Shown: one piece after another, positions 51,180-64,000 of the stretch
Numbering within the stretch: the first letter of the stretch is position 1
Layout of the letters: each line of letters starts with the position of its first letter
Assembly (NCBI GenBank): GCA_024679065.1
Contig: JAGIQG010000016.1
Coordinates: 12,586,001 to 12,650,000 of the forward strand
Length of the DNA: 64,000 bases
Source of the DNA: Sphyrna mokarran
Taxonomy: Eukaryota
Direction of reading: 5' to 3'
Program-made: the position numbers and the translations under genes
The notes under the pieces: model-generated
What the model was told of the DNA's origin: nothing
Databases searched by the model: none
What the model saw: the letters and a program-made list of their open reading frames with translations, nothing else

Positions 51180-54100
51180 TTTCTTTCTGCAATTCAGCTC
51201 CATTGTTATTTCGTTAGTTGACATCACTATCAGCTATGGTGGACATGGAACTTTTTCGACGTGGAAGAAAGTAATTTCCACTAGTATTTTTACCCGACAC
51301 ACGGAAGATTATATTCATAGTGAAGGACATGCTAATCACAATGACAGCACAGTGAATCTCTCCTTGAATAGAAATAGGATTGCGTTTCATGTTATATCAT
51401 ATCTCATTATTGGCAGTTCGTCTACTAATCTTTGACTGACACAAGATGGAGTACTTGCTTTCTGAACTTCTCCCGTAACAATAGGATAGATTATGAAAGC
51501 AGAAGTGTTCAGGTCATTTTGAAGTTAAAGGCGTCTGTGGTGTCATAACTAAATAAATAGTCGGAATTTACGTTTTCTTTTTCAGTACGGACACGTCAAA
51601 TCACTCCACACGATCCAGTAGACATTTCCATAGGCTGGGAAGGCATTTCCATACGCTACTTAAGTGCCATACTAAGGGCATCAGCACCAAGTTTTCCATG
51701 ATCAGCATCCCTGGAAACATTTTCATTGGCAGCATATTGTTTGATATAGATTACGATTAGATAAAACCAAAGTACTAATTCTCTTGCTAGAATGTGAGTT
51801 ATAGCCTGATGACATGATTGGGACTGATTTATTACGACGGTATCTTTTACGCCCGTTCATCAAGATTAAAATATTCCATTGCACTGCACTCAGTATGATC
51901 TGATGTAATTTGATATTATAACCTTTCTGAAGTATCAACTTGAAGCCTACTTGAATTCAGCATGGAGTGCAGTCTTTGGCTGTCCGTTATCTAACATGCT
52001 GTTAGCATCCTCAAATATCTCCAGCACGTTTGGCAAGCGTGCTTTCCCTTCATCTATAAGTGCTGACTCTGGCAAATCCGACCATTGTCATATAAGTGCA
52101 CAACTATTGTTCATTATTTTTTTAGGGCAGGTTACAGTAATTTTCCGACTGCTGATACCGAATATCGGACATAGCTAGATACACATTATGGTTACGTTTT
52201 CTATATTGCAATCAGCTGGCAGTTTCTCAGATATGTATATACTTGATAATGGATAAAAACATTAATAAGAAATCTACATCCATCAATGGCCTGTGATGCA
52301 CGTAATGAGTTCCATTGTTTTTATCAATGTATGGTTTGCTAATTTGTTCAGGACTATTTCTCTCAATAATAGTAATAACGCTCAGATTCTGAATTCCAGT
52401 AATCACTTGGGTTACCAATATATTGTGTTTGTGTGTTTGTTTGATCTGGCCCTTACTCGATAGCTTTTATAGACATTTTGTTCACCGAATTGTTTTAATA
52501 CTATTTATTTTCTACCCTATTTATTCATTTTTTTGGTATTTGTAGAATGTCTTTCGGTCCGCTTGTATGGTGCGTGCAATCGCTGATGATCTCCATCTTT
52601 ATCAAATATTCTCGCTGTTTTCATCTCGTGAAAAGTAAACGCCTCATTTCCGCAAGTAACAGATTGTTTTGCCTGCACATAATTTATTTGTTGCTTATGG
52701 TGAATCGCAAGCCTTGGAATGAAAGTACTGAATTCTGGATTGGAAGCCATTGCCATTTTAACGTTATTACTGTTGTTCCCGAGGTAAGTCTATAAAATTG
52801 TCTTCATATCACTTGCAGTTTTAATAGGTAGGCAAAAGGCCCCAATTTCAGAGCGATCGGTACAATGTTCACGATTCGTTTAGCAATCAGGCATTTTAAT
52901 ATCACACTGCCCGATATTTCCGTTGCAAACAGATTACAAAATACTATTTTCCCTTTGTTCAGTACCGCATTCGGTAGCTAACGTATCTGCTTCTTGAACA
53001 ACATCTTTCTCTTGAAAACTAGCTCTCAGGCATCCGATAAATTCGATTTTCTTGCAAACGAGTTTTGCATACTCTATATTCAGATTGCTGCACGCTGTGT
53101 TGCTTTTGTTAAATTGATCTATATATTTTTTTTCGGTTCTATTGTACTCTATTTTACAGATTACCTGTTAGCCTATCAACAACAATAATCATGATCATTT
53201 GCCTGGCTCTGTTTCTTTACTACACTCAGCCATTTAAAGTTCAACATTGAGACTTACGATCCAATCTCAAACGTTGCATCTTTATTCAGCTATTCGTCGG
53301 ATACAATTTATAACTGTCAAACAACTCAGAAATTTTAATTACAAATATTGCAGGCATCACCGTATATTGAGGAGCATTCTATATCACTTTTCTGCTGTTC
53401 GTAGAAAGATAGAATTCCTGTAGTGCAGAAGAAGACCATTCAACACATCGAGCCTCACCAACAACAATCCCACCTTATCTCAATAATCCCACATACTTAC
53501 CTCATAATCCCTAAAACATAAGCATGTAACGGTATTAAGGGGGAAAAATGAACATTTAAACTAGATCACAAAATTTTGCCGATCCAAGGAAACCGGAACA
53601 CAGGGGAAAAAAGTTGCAGACACGAATATAATATGAAAACTCACACAGACAGTGATCCAACTTGTGATTCGAACCTAGATCACTAGAACTGTGAGACAAC
53701 AGAGCTAACGATGCTCTACCGTGCCGTTCGTCTCTGGAATGAATCTACATTGTTTTGAATGTTTGCGGGCGTTTATCTATTGCCGTTAAGTTTGCTTAAT
53801 ATTTTTATAATCTCTGGTTGTAATTTTTTGTGAACATTTAGGTCTGCATATTTTACTCTTTATCACAATAGGTTGGCAGGTATTTTGGTATCGTTATCTT
53901 GCTTCCTTAGGTTCATAGGGATGTATAAACCAAAATTGGCAATGTCCTCTTTGGTGCTTCCATCTTTCAACACGTGTACTGCTTCTATCACAGCTTCCTC
54001 ATCTCTACATATTTTGTGACTTGGAAGAACACTGGCAGCTGCACGTTGGGTGAACACGATTCCAATTGAACAGTTACAACTTTACCCAATATTATTGCCA

Positions 54101-54830
54101 GCGCATAACGAATTTAAATACATCTCTCCACTTTCAATCTGAAGCTACACATGTATCGTTGCAACTCCATTTGTTCTACTGAGGTTTTCTTGCCCTTGAG
54201 AAAATAATACATATATCATTAATTTTCCAAGTACCAAAATCACTGCATATGGCATTACAGATGTCAGTTCATAATTCCTTTGAAATATTGACAGCACATT
54301 TTCAGCACATTGTTTATCGCCGTTGCACATGAGAAAGATGCGCTAGACTGATCTCCCAATTATGAAATGATGACAAGTGTTTGGTCCAAATGGCATCATT
54401 TCAATGTAACCATATGTGAGCTTATGCAGTCGCGATTTACATCTCTAAATAAGAGCAAGCATACAAAAATTCACATGTCTACGACTTTTGTAACTTTTTT
54501 GGGCATCCAGTTATACTAATCGGTTGCACATTCATTGCGAGCTATTTCCCATTTTTTGAAGGTTGTACAGCTATGTATCTAATGCATTTTTGGGAGAGAA
54601 TTCAATAAGGTCAGTTGAGTGTTGTACTTCATATTTGTAAACAGTGAGGCGAAATTATGTTGTTCATAAACACTTCAACAATTATGTTAAATGGTAGATT
54701 TTGGTCCCGAACCACCTTCAAATGATGGATCGATGACATGCAGATCCGATATAATTCTTCAGTCAATTGTGTTCCGACATATATTTGGCTAGTGTCCGTT
54801 TCGAGGATGGAAACGATTTGACTTTCCATG
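51180..54830 (-). pseudogene. Large decayed exon(s) with an array of death-domain-like repeats
   Basis: Long, stop-poor minus frames: LCPIFGISSRKI...ALI*QWSD...ARLPNVLEIFED; QWNILILMNG/VKDTVV...ARELVLW; FSTFIPRLAIHHKQQINYVQ; DIANFGLY...PANLL. A SINE is inserted at 53.4-53.7 kb. Confidence 0.55.
53402..53727 (-). mobile_element. HE1-like SINE, degraded
   Basis: Reverse complement reads ggcacggtagagcatcgttagctctgttgtctcacagttctagtgatctaggttcgaatc (tRNA-derived head). Confidence 0.8.
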
Positions 54831-54882
54831 GATAAACATATTAATAAAGATCATTTTGATTGCTTAAATATTGATCACTTAC

Positions 54883-54909
54883 CAGTGTCTTGAAGAAGTT
54901 TGTCTAACG
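54883..54909 (-). pseudogene. 27-nt phase 1-1 micro-exon (LDKLLQDT)
   Basis: cattttttgcAG|CGTTAGACAAACTTCTTCAAGACACTG|GTAAGT. Confidence 0.7.
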
Positions 54910-55164
54910 CTGCAAAAAATGAATATGTGCTTTGAAGTCGTTAGTTTTATTTCTGCTTTTTTGCTGTTGTTTTAATAGATATTGCAGCGTTACAACGTGC
55001 TAACCAAATTCAAATTAGATTAATCACTATAGGAATGAATATCCCTCAGAAATTTTCACAGCAACTTAATTGAAGTGTTAATTTTAGCCTTCTTTTGATT
55101 CCAATAAAAAAAGTTAAACTTTTTTTTCAAGCTGAAATGGAAAACTCTTGATACACTAACTCTC

Positions 55165-55239
55165 ATTTAAGTTCAGTTCGCAAGTTTTCGAAAGCATACG
55201 AATATTTTATTTTATAAAACATTCCACAACTGGTGAATC
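55165..55239 (-). pseudogene. 75-nt exon, Schlafen E-x-x-x-x-E-x-K motif
   Basis: T-tract caAG acceptor; reads FTSCGMFYKIKYSYAFENLRTELK (cf. PFPESQLVEFK). The donor appears mutated (GAGAGT). Confidence 0.55.
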
Positions 55240-55333
55240 CTTGAAAAAAAAATGGCATTGCTAGGATTGAAAACATGTTTATAGAAAGCAATATTGTGCC
55301 AACTCTCTTTTCTTTCTTTTTTTTTGCAGTTAC

Positions 55334-55456
55334 TCGCAGAATTATCAATTCGTTGTTCATCATCTGTCATGCACTTTACGATGTTAGATTGTCAGAATTC
55401 CAAGATATTTTCAGAATCTATTATCGATGTTCCCGAACGAGACCAGAATAGATTCA
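55334..55456 (-). pseudogene. 123-nt phase 1-1 exon, Schlafen N-lobe
   Basis: tttttgttttAG|...GCGA|GTAACT; NLFWSRSGTSIIDSENILEF resembles SLFN11 SLYRRSETSVRSMDSREAFCF. Confidence 0.65.
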
Positions 55457-55790
55457 CTAAAACAAAAACTAAACGATTGGCAAAAGATACATGAAATGCT
55501 CGTGAAGCTATCATACGTTTAGTTGACGATTAAATTCCCATTTATTTTGTTGTGGTGTGCTGATTGCAATAAAGGAATTAAGTACATGATATGGAGTTGA
55601 AGTGTAACGTATACACACCCGCATTCTCTTTCACCTTCTGGATATCTGTTTTTGAAAAAAAGAGTTTCAAGTCTCCATCGAAACATAGTCTAAAATGAAC
55701 AGGCACAGCAGATTTGGAGCTTACAACTTGCTTCTCCATTTAGTAACATCGCTGCTGATATGGTTATGATCAACACATCTTTTTTTTTAC

Positions 55791-56430
55791 CGTATGCCTC
55801 CATAAGCTTTGATTTCTCGTTAACAAAACAAAACTAAAGATGAATGATATAAATCCAGAGATAATTCCACACTGATTGCACTTTGGAAGAAATAGTGCTG
55901 TCTCATTTCGTGTGTAAAGCGAAAAAAAAAATGACGCCTTCTCCATAGCTTTAATTTCACAAACAATAGAAAATGTCTTCTAGGCATCCAAACTGAAAAT
56001 ACATTTTGACATAACCCCATTGACGTTTTTACATTTTCTGACCCATTCAATGTAAAAACATTTTGTAAATTACTATTAAAACAATTATTATTTTAATATA
56101 ATTACAGCGTTCTCCAAGGTTTTTTTTACTAGCTCCCCTTTTAACCGCGTATTCCTCTTCCATAAAAGGCAAGATGAAATTGACTGACACAAAATTTGTT
56201 ATAACTAATTCATAATTGCATATGACTAATGTACAATGCAATCTACACGTTTTTTTTTATTTCCGGTTGTAAGTCGATTGTTTTACACTTAAAAAAAAAA
56301 GTCCTGCTAAAGAAGATCATTCACATGTATCTATGTTACATTCTACTAACCAATAGTTTCCCAACTGATCATACCTGCAATATCCCTTTGCGACACTTTC
56401 CTCTTCACAATTTAATGCCCTGTCTATGTT
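55791..56430 (-). pseudogene. Decayed N-terminal Schlafen-like exon(s)
   Basis: EEESVAK/DIAGMISWETIG (cf. EKERVMRAACALLNSGGG); exon 55791-55992 ends FCFVNEKSKLMEAY|GTAAAA (cf. FYIFVK). Confidence 0.45.
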
Positions 56431-59400
56431 GCCGTCATTGTTCAATTTATGCCTCGTACATTCGTTCCACTCAGACAAACAATTGGTACATATTGAAAAG
56501 TGGTCTGGGCCATGTGTAACCACATTGCAAAAAAAAACATTCCTGCTTTTGTTCGGTTTTACTTTACGCGGACCTTTCACCCATTCCGCATATTAGCCAA
56601 AGTGCCACGTGTTTCTATCCGGCTTATTAACGTCTAATGAGGCATATAATCAAATGTGTCTGTCGGAAGAAAACGTGCATCGATTCAACTAATTCCTACT
56701 TTAATAATATAAACACATTTTTAATTCAAAGCGAAAAGCGGACATTATGAAAATCAAATCTACGCCACCACTGCGGAAGAACATACCAAACAACTCCCAC
56801 CTTCAACCCCTCCCCGCCCACACTTAAAAAAAATGCCCATAGCTAATCAACTGAACCAACACATATTTGGGAACGAATGGATAATTTTGCTTAGACAGTC
56901 CAACTAATCAGCACATCAATCGACAATAATAAACACTAATGTTTCAAACTCTTTGGCAAGTTATTTAAATGCCTTGCCTTTTATTTTAATTTTGCTTGGC
57001 CAAATGATGATAATTTATGTACCCGTACCCTGCTGCGGCAACTCTCAGGATTGATTCAGACATTTTCTCCACGATAATTATATTGAAAAATCTCCTGTAG
57101 CTGCGATTTCCTGTACGGACTCTTTCTTCACGTCATGACATTACAATTTGGAAATAAATCGAATTGTAACATTTGTTGTTTGCACGGTAAAGCGATGAAA
57201 ACTTTTTGGGATCTTGAAAATACGTTTTCAAACAAACACTTCTAAGGACCGATATTGATCTCATGTTGCAACGTGCAAACCCTTGAAACAACAATGTGAC
57301 TTTCTGTAACATGCAATTGTCTCATTTACATATTTTCCTGGTATTATTTTTTTTTTTACTTGAGTTACTTAGCGAAATGTCACCGTCAGTAGCTTTCTTT
57401 CCGTTTACCAATTGAATGAACTGTTCAGCTATCAGTGCTTTCATGTCTCATTCAATCGCCAGTCTAAACTGTTAACATATGAATTGGAATGCATATCAAA
57501 TGTATTTTATTATACTTCTGACTGCCTTGTTTTAAAACTGAAACTGCGATATTTCTATGCGAATTTGTCGACAAACAAAATAATGCTGCTGTGCGCTTAT
57601 TTCTAAATTCTTAGGAGATTCAATATGACAATTGACTTTGCAACATGTTTCGTAGAGAGCAGAATAACCAGCACGAGATGTAATAAATGACGATTTATGA
57701 CGATTATGGCGAAATGAAAATCAACCTACTGTATGCATGCGATATCATCATACTTCAATTGGCGAAATCAATCATTTAGTTCTAAAATGAAGAAGATTTA
57801 CTGCTAAGATCCAACACAACTGTAAATGTTAATTTTAATATAGAATACATGATGTAATTACCGCAATTAAATTCAAAAACTCCTTTGTCAATTGACCCTA
57901 AACATAAAAAAAGTGAGAGAGCACAGTATTTAAAGTTGAATTTTGTTGGAAGACGGAGGGCATCAGATACAAATTGGAAAATAAACGGCAAGTTAACAAA
58001 AGTTACTGCCCTCAATACGATGTTTTCTTAATTTCAGTTGTTTAGTTACGTTTTCTATATTAGACAATCATTCGGCATCACTATGTATGTTATAAAAAAG
58101 AAACAGCGCTGTTCTCTTCTCCTCTTCCCTCACATGTTTTCCATAGATTATTTTGCAGTGACTCTGAAAGTTTAAGTTGAAATCATATGAAACGAAATTA
58201 GTCACCATGCGTAAATTCAGATGGAAAATCTATGGTTTCAATTTCAGGTATAACCGAACGACACTTCAGCATGTTTATTGAATTGCACTCCTTGTGCATG
58301 ATAGCAAATGGGAAATTCTGTGCCAGTTAATTTGAATTCAAAATCAAAATTACGAAATATCTGGGAAAAAAAAAGGAGTGTCATTGGCCTCCGACAACTA
58401 TGTAGTTAATTATTTTAATATTCGATGCGACTGTGGACGCTGTTGTAAAACAAGTAGATTTAACGAAGATACAATTGACCTGATTTTCCAGTGCAGAGAA
58501 GCATTGAACGGCCAGCGGAAATTGAGGAATTGACGCAAAAATTGTACTTAGCAAACGGCAAGAGTTCTGAGTCACCATGAAATGGTGAAACCGAGTCAAG
58601 AATGCAGCTCAAATCTACCTTCTGAAAGGAAATTTGGGATGGATAATAAATTCTGGAAAGACGGCGATGCTCATGGACCATGAAAGAATTTATAAAAAAA
58701 CACAATGCTAATATAATATGTGTATTTATGGAAATTGAAATTTAGTGGGTAGTCATACAATTCAGCTAAATGGCAAGGCAGTCGGAAGTCGCATAGATTG
58801 ATGCCAGTCGGACTGTGTCGAACAAGATAGCAAGACAAAATTCCTTTTCAAATGATAGAGGCAGAGTAGCTCGTCAAATCCACGATAACAGCCCGGAGTC
58901 AATTAAAATTAAGGAATGATGAATATAATAACTTAGTGGAAGATATTATCATAAACTGGGAGTAGTTCATGCAAAACGTTGCGAAATTAAATTGGCATTT
59001 GAAGGTATGTCTTCACGGACATCCTGTCAAAAATTGGCAAATCTCTTCCACCACAAAATTTGATATTTGCTTATTCAAGCGATAGTCAGCAATGCGTGTT
59101 CAAAGGAAATTAAATATAGATGAAACATTGAAATATTCAGTCGGGTTTCCTTTTTTTCGTTTCGTTCGTTTGTATCGATGCTTTCTTTTCTTGCATCAAT
59201 ACAATTACAATTCTTCGTGAAGGCTTATTGATCTTCAGTTCCTGTTGTGCATATTCCAAAATGGCTCGTCAAGGTTTCTAAAGAATTTCTGTGAGCTTAT
59301 TTTGTTTCTGAAAAAAGTGGTAGAAACAAGGGCCAACGCATTTTCATTATGAGCGTATAATACATGAGCAGTCCGTTATATCCTGCATCCTGAAAGTTGT

Positions 59401-60269
59401 GTGGTGACTGGATTGACGTGAAGTATCTGAGCAACGCATTTTGCGGGAAATATTAAAACTTAACATTGATTTTAACCTTGTCACAGTGTTCAGCATCGAA
59501 TGGGTGAAGACGGGATGCAACTTACATGCAAAATAAAATGGAACACATTATTTGATAAAAGTTGACTGCAAGGTATCATTTGATATTCTATATTTATGCG
59601 TATTTTAATTGTTCAGAAACCACTTCCAACTGACAGTATTGTTACAAAATCAATTTCTTGGATAAGTCTCGAGACACTAATTTTCAAATTGACCTTGTTC
59701 TCACGTTGCAAACATTCTGGAGGAGTTTATGTCGGCATCTGCAAAATATTGATTCTATGGTGCAACAAATAATAATCTTTGATCTTCAATGAAACTGACT
59801 CTCGTATCACGAAATGAAATAGCATTGGTGAGGCCTGAAAATGCATGGATTGGAAATGTAATCACTTAAGATTGGTCACACCATTAAGGCGGTTCACATG
59901 TGTTAGTGAGCTAAGAACCATAGAGCAAATGGCTTCCAACTGAGTCCTAAAACTCCTGTGATTATATATTAAATTAAGTCGTTTTCTTTCTGATATACTG
60001 ATTATCATCAATGGAGATATGAAATGTCCTGGTTCTATTTTAAAGCAATTATAGAATTTATTTGAAACCTTCAGAGAAATATGTAATCACTGCATGACAG
60101 GATTGAGACAATCTTACCCTCTCCAGCGGCTCCGAATAATATTATGAAGAGATGATCACTCATGCCTGCATACGCCATTTTCCCGTGACGCCATTATAAT
60201 CAAAATCACCAAGTCCTTGTTGATTATTAAACATCAATTATGCATGGCCAACCTATGCAGCTTATCCCT

Positions 60270-60425
60270 GTTTAGCCGGGGGTAGAAGCTGGAAGAGGAG
60301 AAGACGCGCATACCTATAGGGAACGTGCAAAGTACACACAGATATTCACCGAAAGATGAAATCAAAATGGGTCCCTGGCACTGTGAGCGAGTACAGATAA
60401 TTAATGGGACATTATGCCAGCCAAA
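60270..60425 (-). mobile_element. Degraded HE1-like SINE
   Basis: Reverse complement reads ctcacagtgccagggaccc...ctgtgtgtactttgcacgttccc. Confidence 0.65.
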
Positions 60426-62184
60426 CGGTGGAGTTTGATTTAATCTATGTGAATATCTGTAGATAAAGTTATGTCGTAGATAACAGATGTAGATAAAGTT
60501 ATGTCGTGGAGGTTGGTTCTGTTTAAGACGTAACACCCAAAACCCCCATTAAGAAATACCTCCTTTTGTAGTCTGTTGAAAGTATTTGGGGAGGTGAATT
60601 TTCTCTAGTAACATTTATTGATTAACTAGCAGAAATACCTGACACTCAGTTTAAAAGCAACATTTATTCATATATTTATTTAACTAATAGGAAGCTCTAA
60701 TTGAACACGTATCATAATGAATAAATAATAAGATTCTATAAGAATGTTCTTTAGAATAAGGCTAAACGCATTGATTCGCCAAAGATATAATAATTCCGTC
60801 AATATGAAACCTAAAAAAATTGCATCTTTCTGAAACGCTTGGAGTTCTTCTGCGCATTCCCCTTGTCCGTCAGTTATTTTTGAGTTAGATCAATTTGCTG
60901 GGTGGATGGTGTGCTCTCCGAAGGGAAAAAAAACAAATTTGTTTGGTGTAGAGACGCTCTCTCCCTTTCGACTTGAGAGATGGCAGTTGAGAAATCATGT
61001 TTTGATTTCATGTTTTCTACCTGTTGTTTCTTATCAATATTTATACAAAAGGTTAGGCCTGATATTTTCAACATTATAAAATTCAAACGGGATTTGTACT
61101 TAATAACTGAATGCTTCTTTCAACATAGCTTAATAAAATTCAAATGTTCAAATGTCTGAAGCCTTGTTCTAAGGCAACCAGTTTCTGCCTTTGGATTTGA
61201 GTAAAATGCTGAGTCTGGATCTCTCCGTGTACTTCGCGTTTTTAATATCTATGCATAGAAACCAAAACCACACTTTAAGTAGACAACTCAATGTTTCATG
61301 CTCCGAGAAATTTGATTGCATAATTTCCATCGTTCTAAACAAAACTTCGTAATAATAAGCAAATTTTAGTCAAGAAAATCAAAAATCACATGGGGTACAG
61401 AGAAAATGAATCTGGAACTGAAAAAAAGGACCATCACATCCTCATTTCATGGTGCAGCATGATAATGAATGAAAATGATCCACTAAATCTCTAATTATTC
61501 TCTCAATTTTCCTTGTGCGACTTATAATTTACCCCTTTTCCCAGGAATCATGTTCAGACATGTTTGTCTTCTTTCAACTCAGAATACGCGGCTGCACGAT
61601 TTTTTTGATAAATGCAATTGAACTCTTTCTCCTCCATGATTCTAATTATAATTCATATTCGAAAGTTTGAATCCTCTCTTCAAAATATCATTCTATTTTT
61701 GCAATACTACGTTAATTTTTCCCCTTTCCATCCTAAAAAACAATCGTTTGAAGTCGTTATGAGCGTAATGCAGCTCATTGCTTTTTGTTTTAATGCACCG
61801 GTCAAATATGTTGCATCGTTGAACCCACAGAAAAAAAAATCACCACCAGTTAAATATTTTTAAATATCTTACTTCAGTAAAATTGTCATCCGCCCTCTTT
61901 TATTAATAGATGAGTTTCCCGAATACGTTGCCTGCACGTGCACCCAATGCTCACTCTAAATTTTCTGTGGACCAGAATACATGTCAGGTCATTATTCTCG
62001 TGGACTGCGCATCTCTGTTTTCAAGTGATCTCTTGTATTCAAAAACATCAGCAAACGATATATTGCTATCCGAATACGTTTCTGATTTTTTTTTCCTCCT
62101 GTTGTCCCATGCAGTTGTGTAATCGTCTTATTGAAAATCCCCCTTCTATTTTGTTTTTCCTTCTTGCCACGATTTTCTTCACCA

Positions 62185-62910
62185 CTGGGACGTGGGCTTC
62201 GCTGACTGGCCAGCATTTATTGTCCATCCCTAGTTACCCTTGGGGACGTGGAATTGAGCTGCCTTCATGAATTGTTGCAGTCCCCGTAATGCAATTTGAA
62301 CCACAATGCCGGTATGAAGGGAATGACCCAGCGACTGGGAAAGCACGGCTATATTATCCCAAGGGTGGCTTGAAGCGGAACATGCACGTGCTGGTGTTCA
62401 CATGTAACTCCAGCCCTTGTACTTCCAGATGGAATTTGTCGTAAGTTTGGAAGGTTCTGCCGAAAAATATTTGTGAATTGCTAAGTCCATCTCGTCTGCA
62501 GTGGCAAACTACCGCTATTGAGTGTCGGTGGTGGAGGGACTGAAATTTCTACATACTTTGCCAATCAAGTAGCTTTTTTAAAAAAGTTTGGATGGCATCA
62601 AACATCTTGAGTGTTTTTGGAACTGCACCATCCAGATAAATGTGGCGTATTTCATCACAATCTTGACTTACGACTTGTATATGGTGGGTAGGATTTGGGG
62701 AGTCTGGAGATGAGTTAGTCGCCACAGTATTCCTCGCCACTGAGCGCTATATATAGTTTCTGTATTAATGTGGCGAGTTTTTGGCCAACAGTAACCCCAG
62801 CATTTTGATATGGAGAATTCAGTGATGTATCATCACTGAATGTCAAGGGATAGTTGTCATGGTGCTTCTTTTAGGTGCTGCCATTTGTGTGCCATGAATG
62901 TTACTTTTTG
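62185..62910 (-). mobile_element. Old LINE 3' fragment (CR1/L2 group), common elasmobranch repeat
   Basis: Begins gggcttcgctgactggccagcatttattgtccatccc, which I recognise as the reverse of a frequent shark LINE 3' end; degraded. Confidence 0.6.
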
Positions 62911-64000
62911 TTCAGTCATTCTTCATTCATACACCGAATCACGTTGGTGCTAAATTGGCCCAAGCCTGCTTAAATTGAATTGCTGACTTTAGATTTTCCA
63001 CATATCACAGATCTGGTTGAAATATACAAAATTGCATAAGATTTTCGTTATCGTTCGAGTGGCAATTGCATTTTTATACATCACATTACACATTTTAACC
63101 TTAGTTCCTATTATAAGTTGCAAACTGGATAGAATGTTATGCCAAAATATAATGGTTTCTTGGTCATAGTTAGAACTCTAACTTAACATTTCTATTCAAC
63201 TCGAATTGCACCACTGCCTCGTTCGGAATCAAAACGCTGTATAACCCTTGATTTAAGAATATATACCCAATGACAGCACAATTACCCCAACCACTTTGAA
63301 AATCGACATATCTACACACATACTTCATTGTCAAAAATTGACGAATTATTCTTAATATGTCATGAACTTTCCATTCAATAATTCACACATAAATTTGGAA
63401 GTTCATTGGGGCTACCTTCAAGAGCCTACTTGTTAATTTCCGAAATAAAAGGCATCGCCTTTATTTAGCATCTCTAATTTTCATCAATACCCCTGGTGTT
63501 AATCATTGTTAGTAACCAACACCGCTGCCGCCATCCCAGAATACTGAGTACCCATCTAATCGGAGATTCAGCACTCCAATTTGGCTGTCTGAACTTTGAT
63601 CCGAAGAGTGAAAGTATTTTCTGCCGAGGACGGCAATTTATAATCCCATCTCCCCCACCAATGCACAACCTGTACGTTGTCGCAATCGCAGTGGAGTAGG
63701 ATGGATGTGCTTGAACTCCCCAATTGACACGTGGTTTTGATCATTCTACAGATTTTTTTTTTCCATCCGGCGAACCACACGAAACATAAGCTGTTTCGGC
63801 TTATGTCAAAGATGTCTTGTTCTGTTGACGAGATCGTTTATAACAGATTCTGCGCCCTGTTAAACTGCAGATTAAACATTCCTATTCTCCTGTTTGACAC
63901 GGCACTCGCCCAGAAATTTAAAATAATCAGGTCCTGCACTTCAACATACTTAACGGTTATCTGCTCAATAGCACATCCGTTCCCATCTTTATGCTATGCT

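Noticed and set aside
58560-59004. Plus-strand SGKT motif followed by a GAAG|GTATGT donor
   Set aside because: Incomplete P-loop, multiple stops and no supporting motifs.
63480-64000. GC-richer segment with short ORFs and a small hairpin (acataagc...gcttatgt near 63784-63806)
   Set aside because: No recognisable family; it is truncated by the window edge and the hairpin is too short to call.
1-64000. CRISPR arrays, operons, rRNA or tRNA genes
   Set aside because: Eukaryotic repeat-rich DNA with no spaced repeat array; the tRNA-like boxes are SINE heads.

Overview
Vertebrate nuclear DNA, almost certainly a shark or ray, judged by HE1-type SINEs, CR1/HER1-type LINEs with (CTATGTT)n tails, and Rex1/Babar and Penelope remnants. 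I see no intact protein-coding gene; the longest ORFs are CR1 reverse-transcriptase fragments. The main hidden structure is a heavily decayed, multi-exon gene (or tandem genes) on the minus strand spanning about 56.4 kb down to 0.75 kb. Manual translation through stops and frameshifts gives roughly 20 kb of former coding sequence. The apparent N-to-C order is: Schlafen core in small exons; death-domain-like array; ZU5-ZU5-UPA-DD (PIDD1-like); a second expanded Schlafen core with middle domain and two tandem Schlafen-type helicase domains; a small-exon Schlafen-like remnant; DD; Roc-COR-DD (DAPK/Roco-like); further DD-like exons. All domain calls are by-eye motif matches to remembered family sequences and need HMM confirmation. 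The Schlafen and helicase calls are strongest; the individual death domains are weakest.
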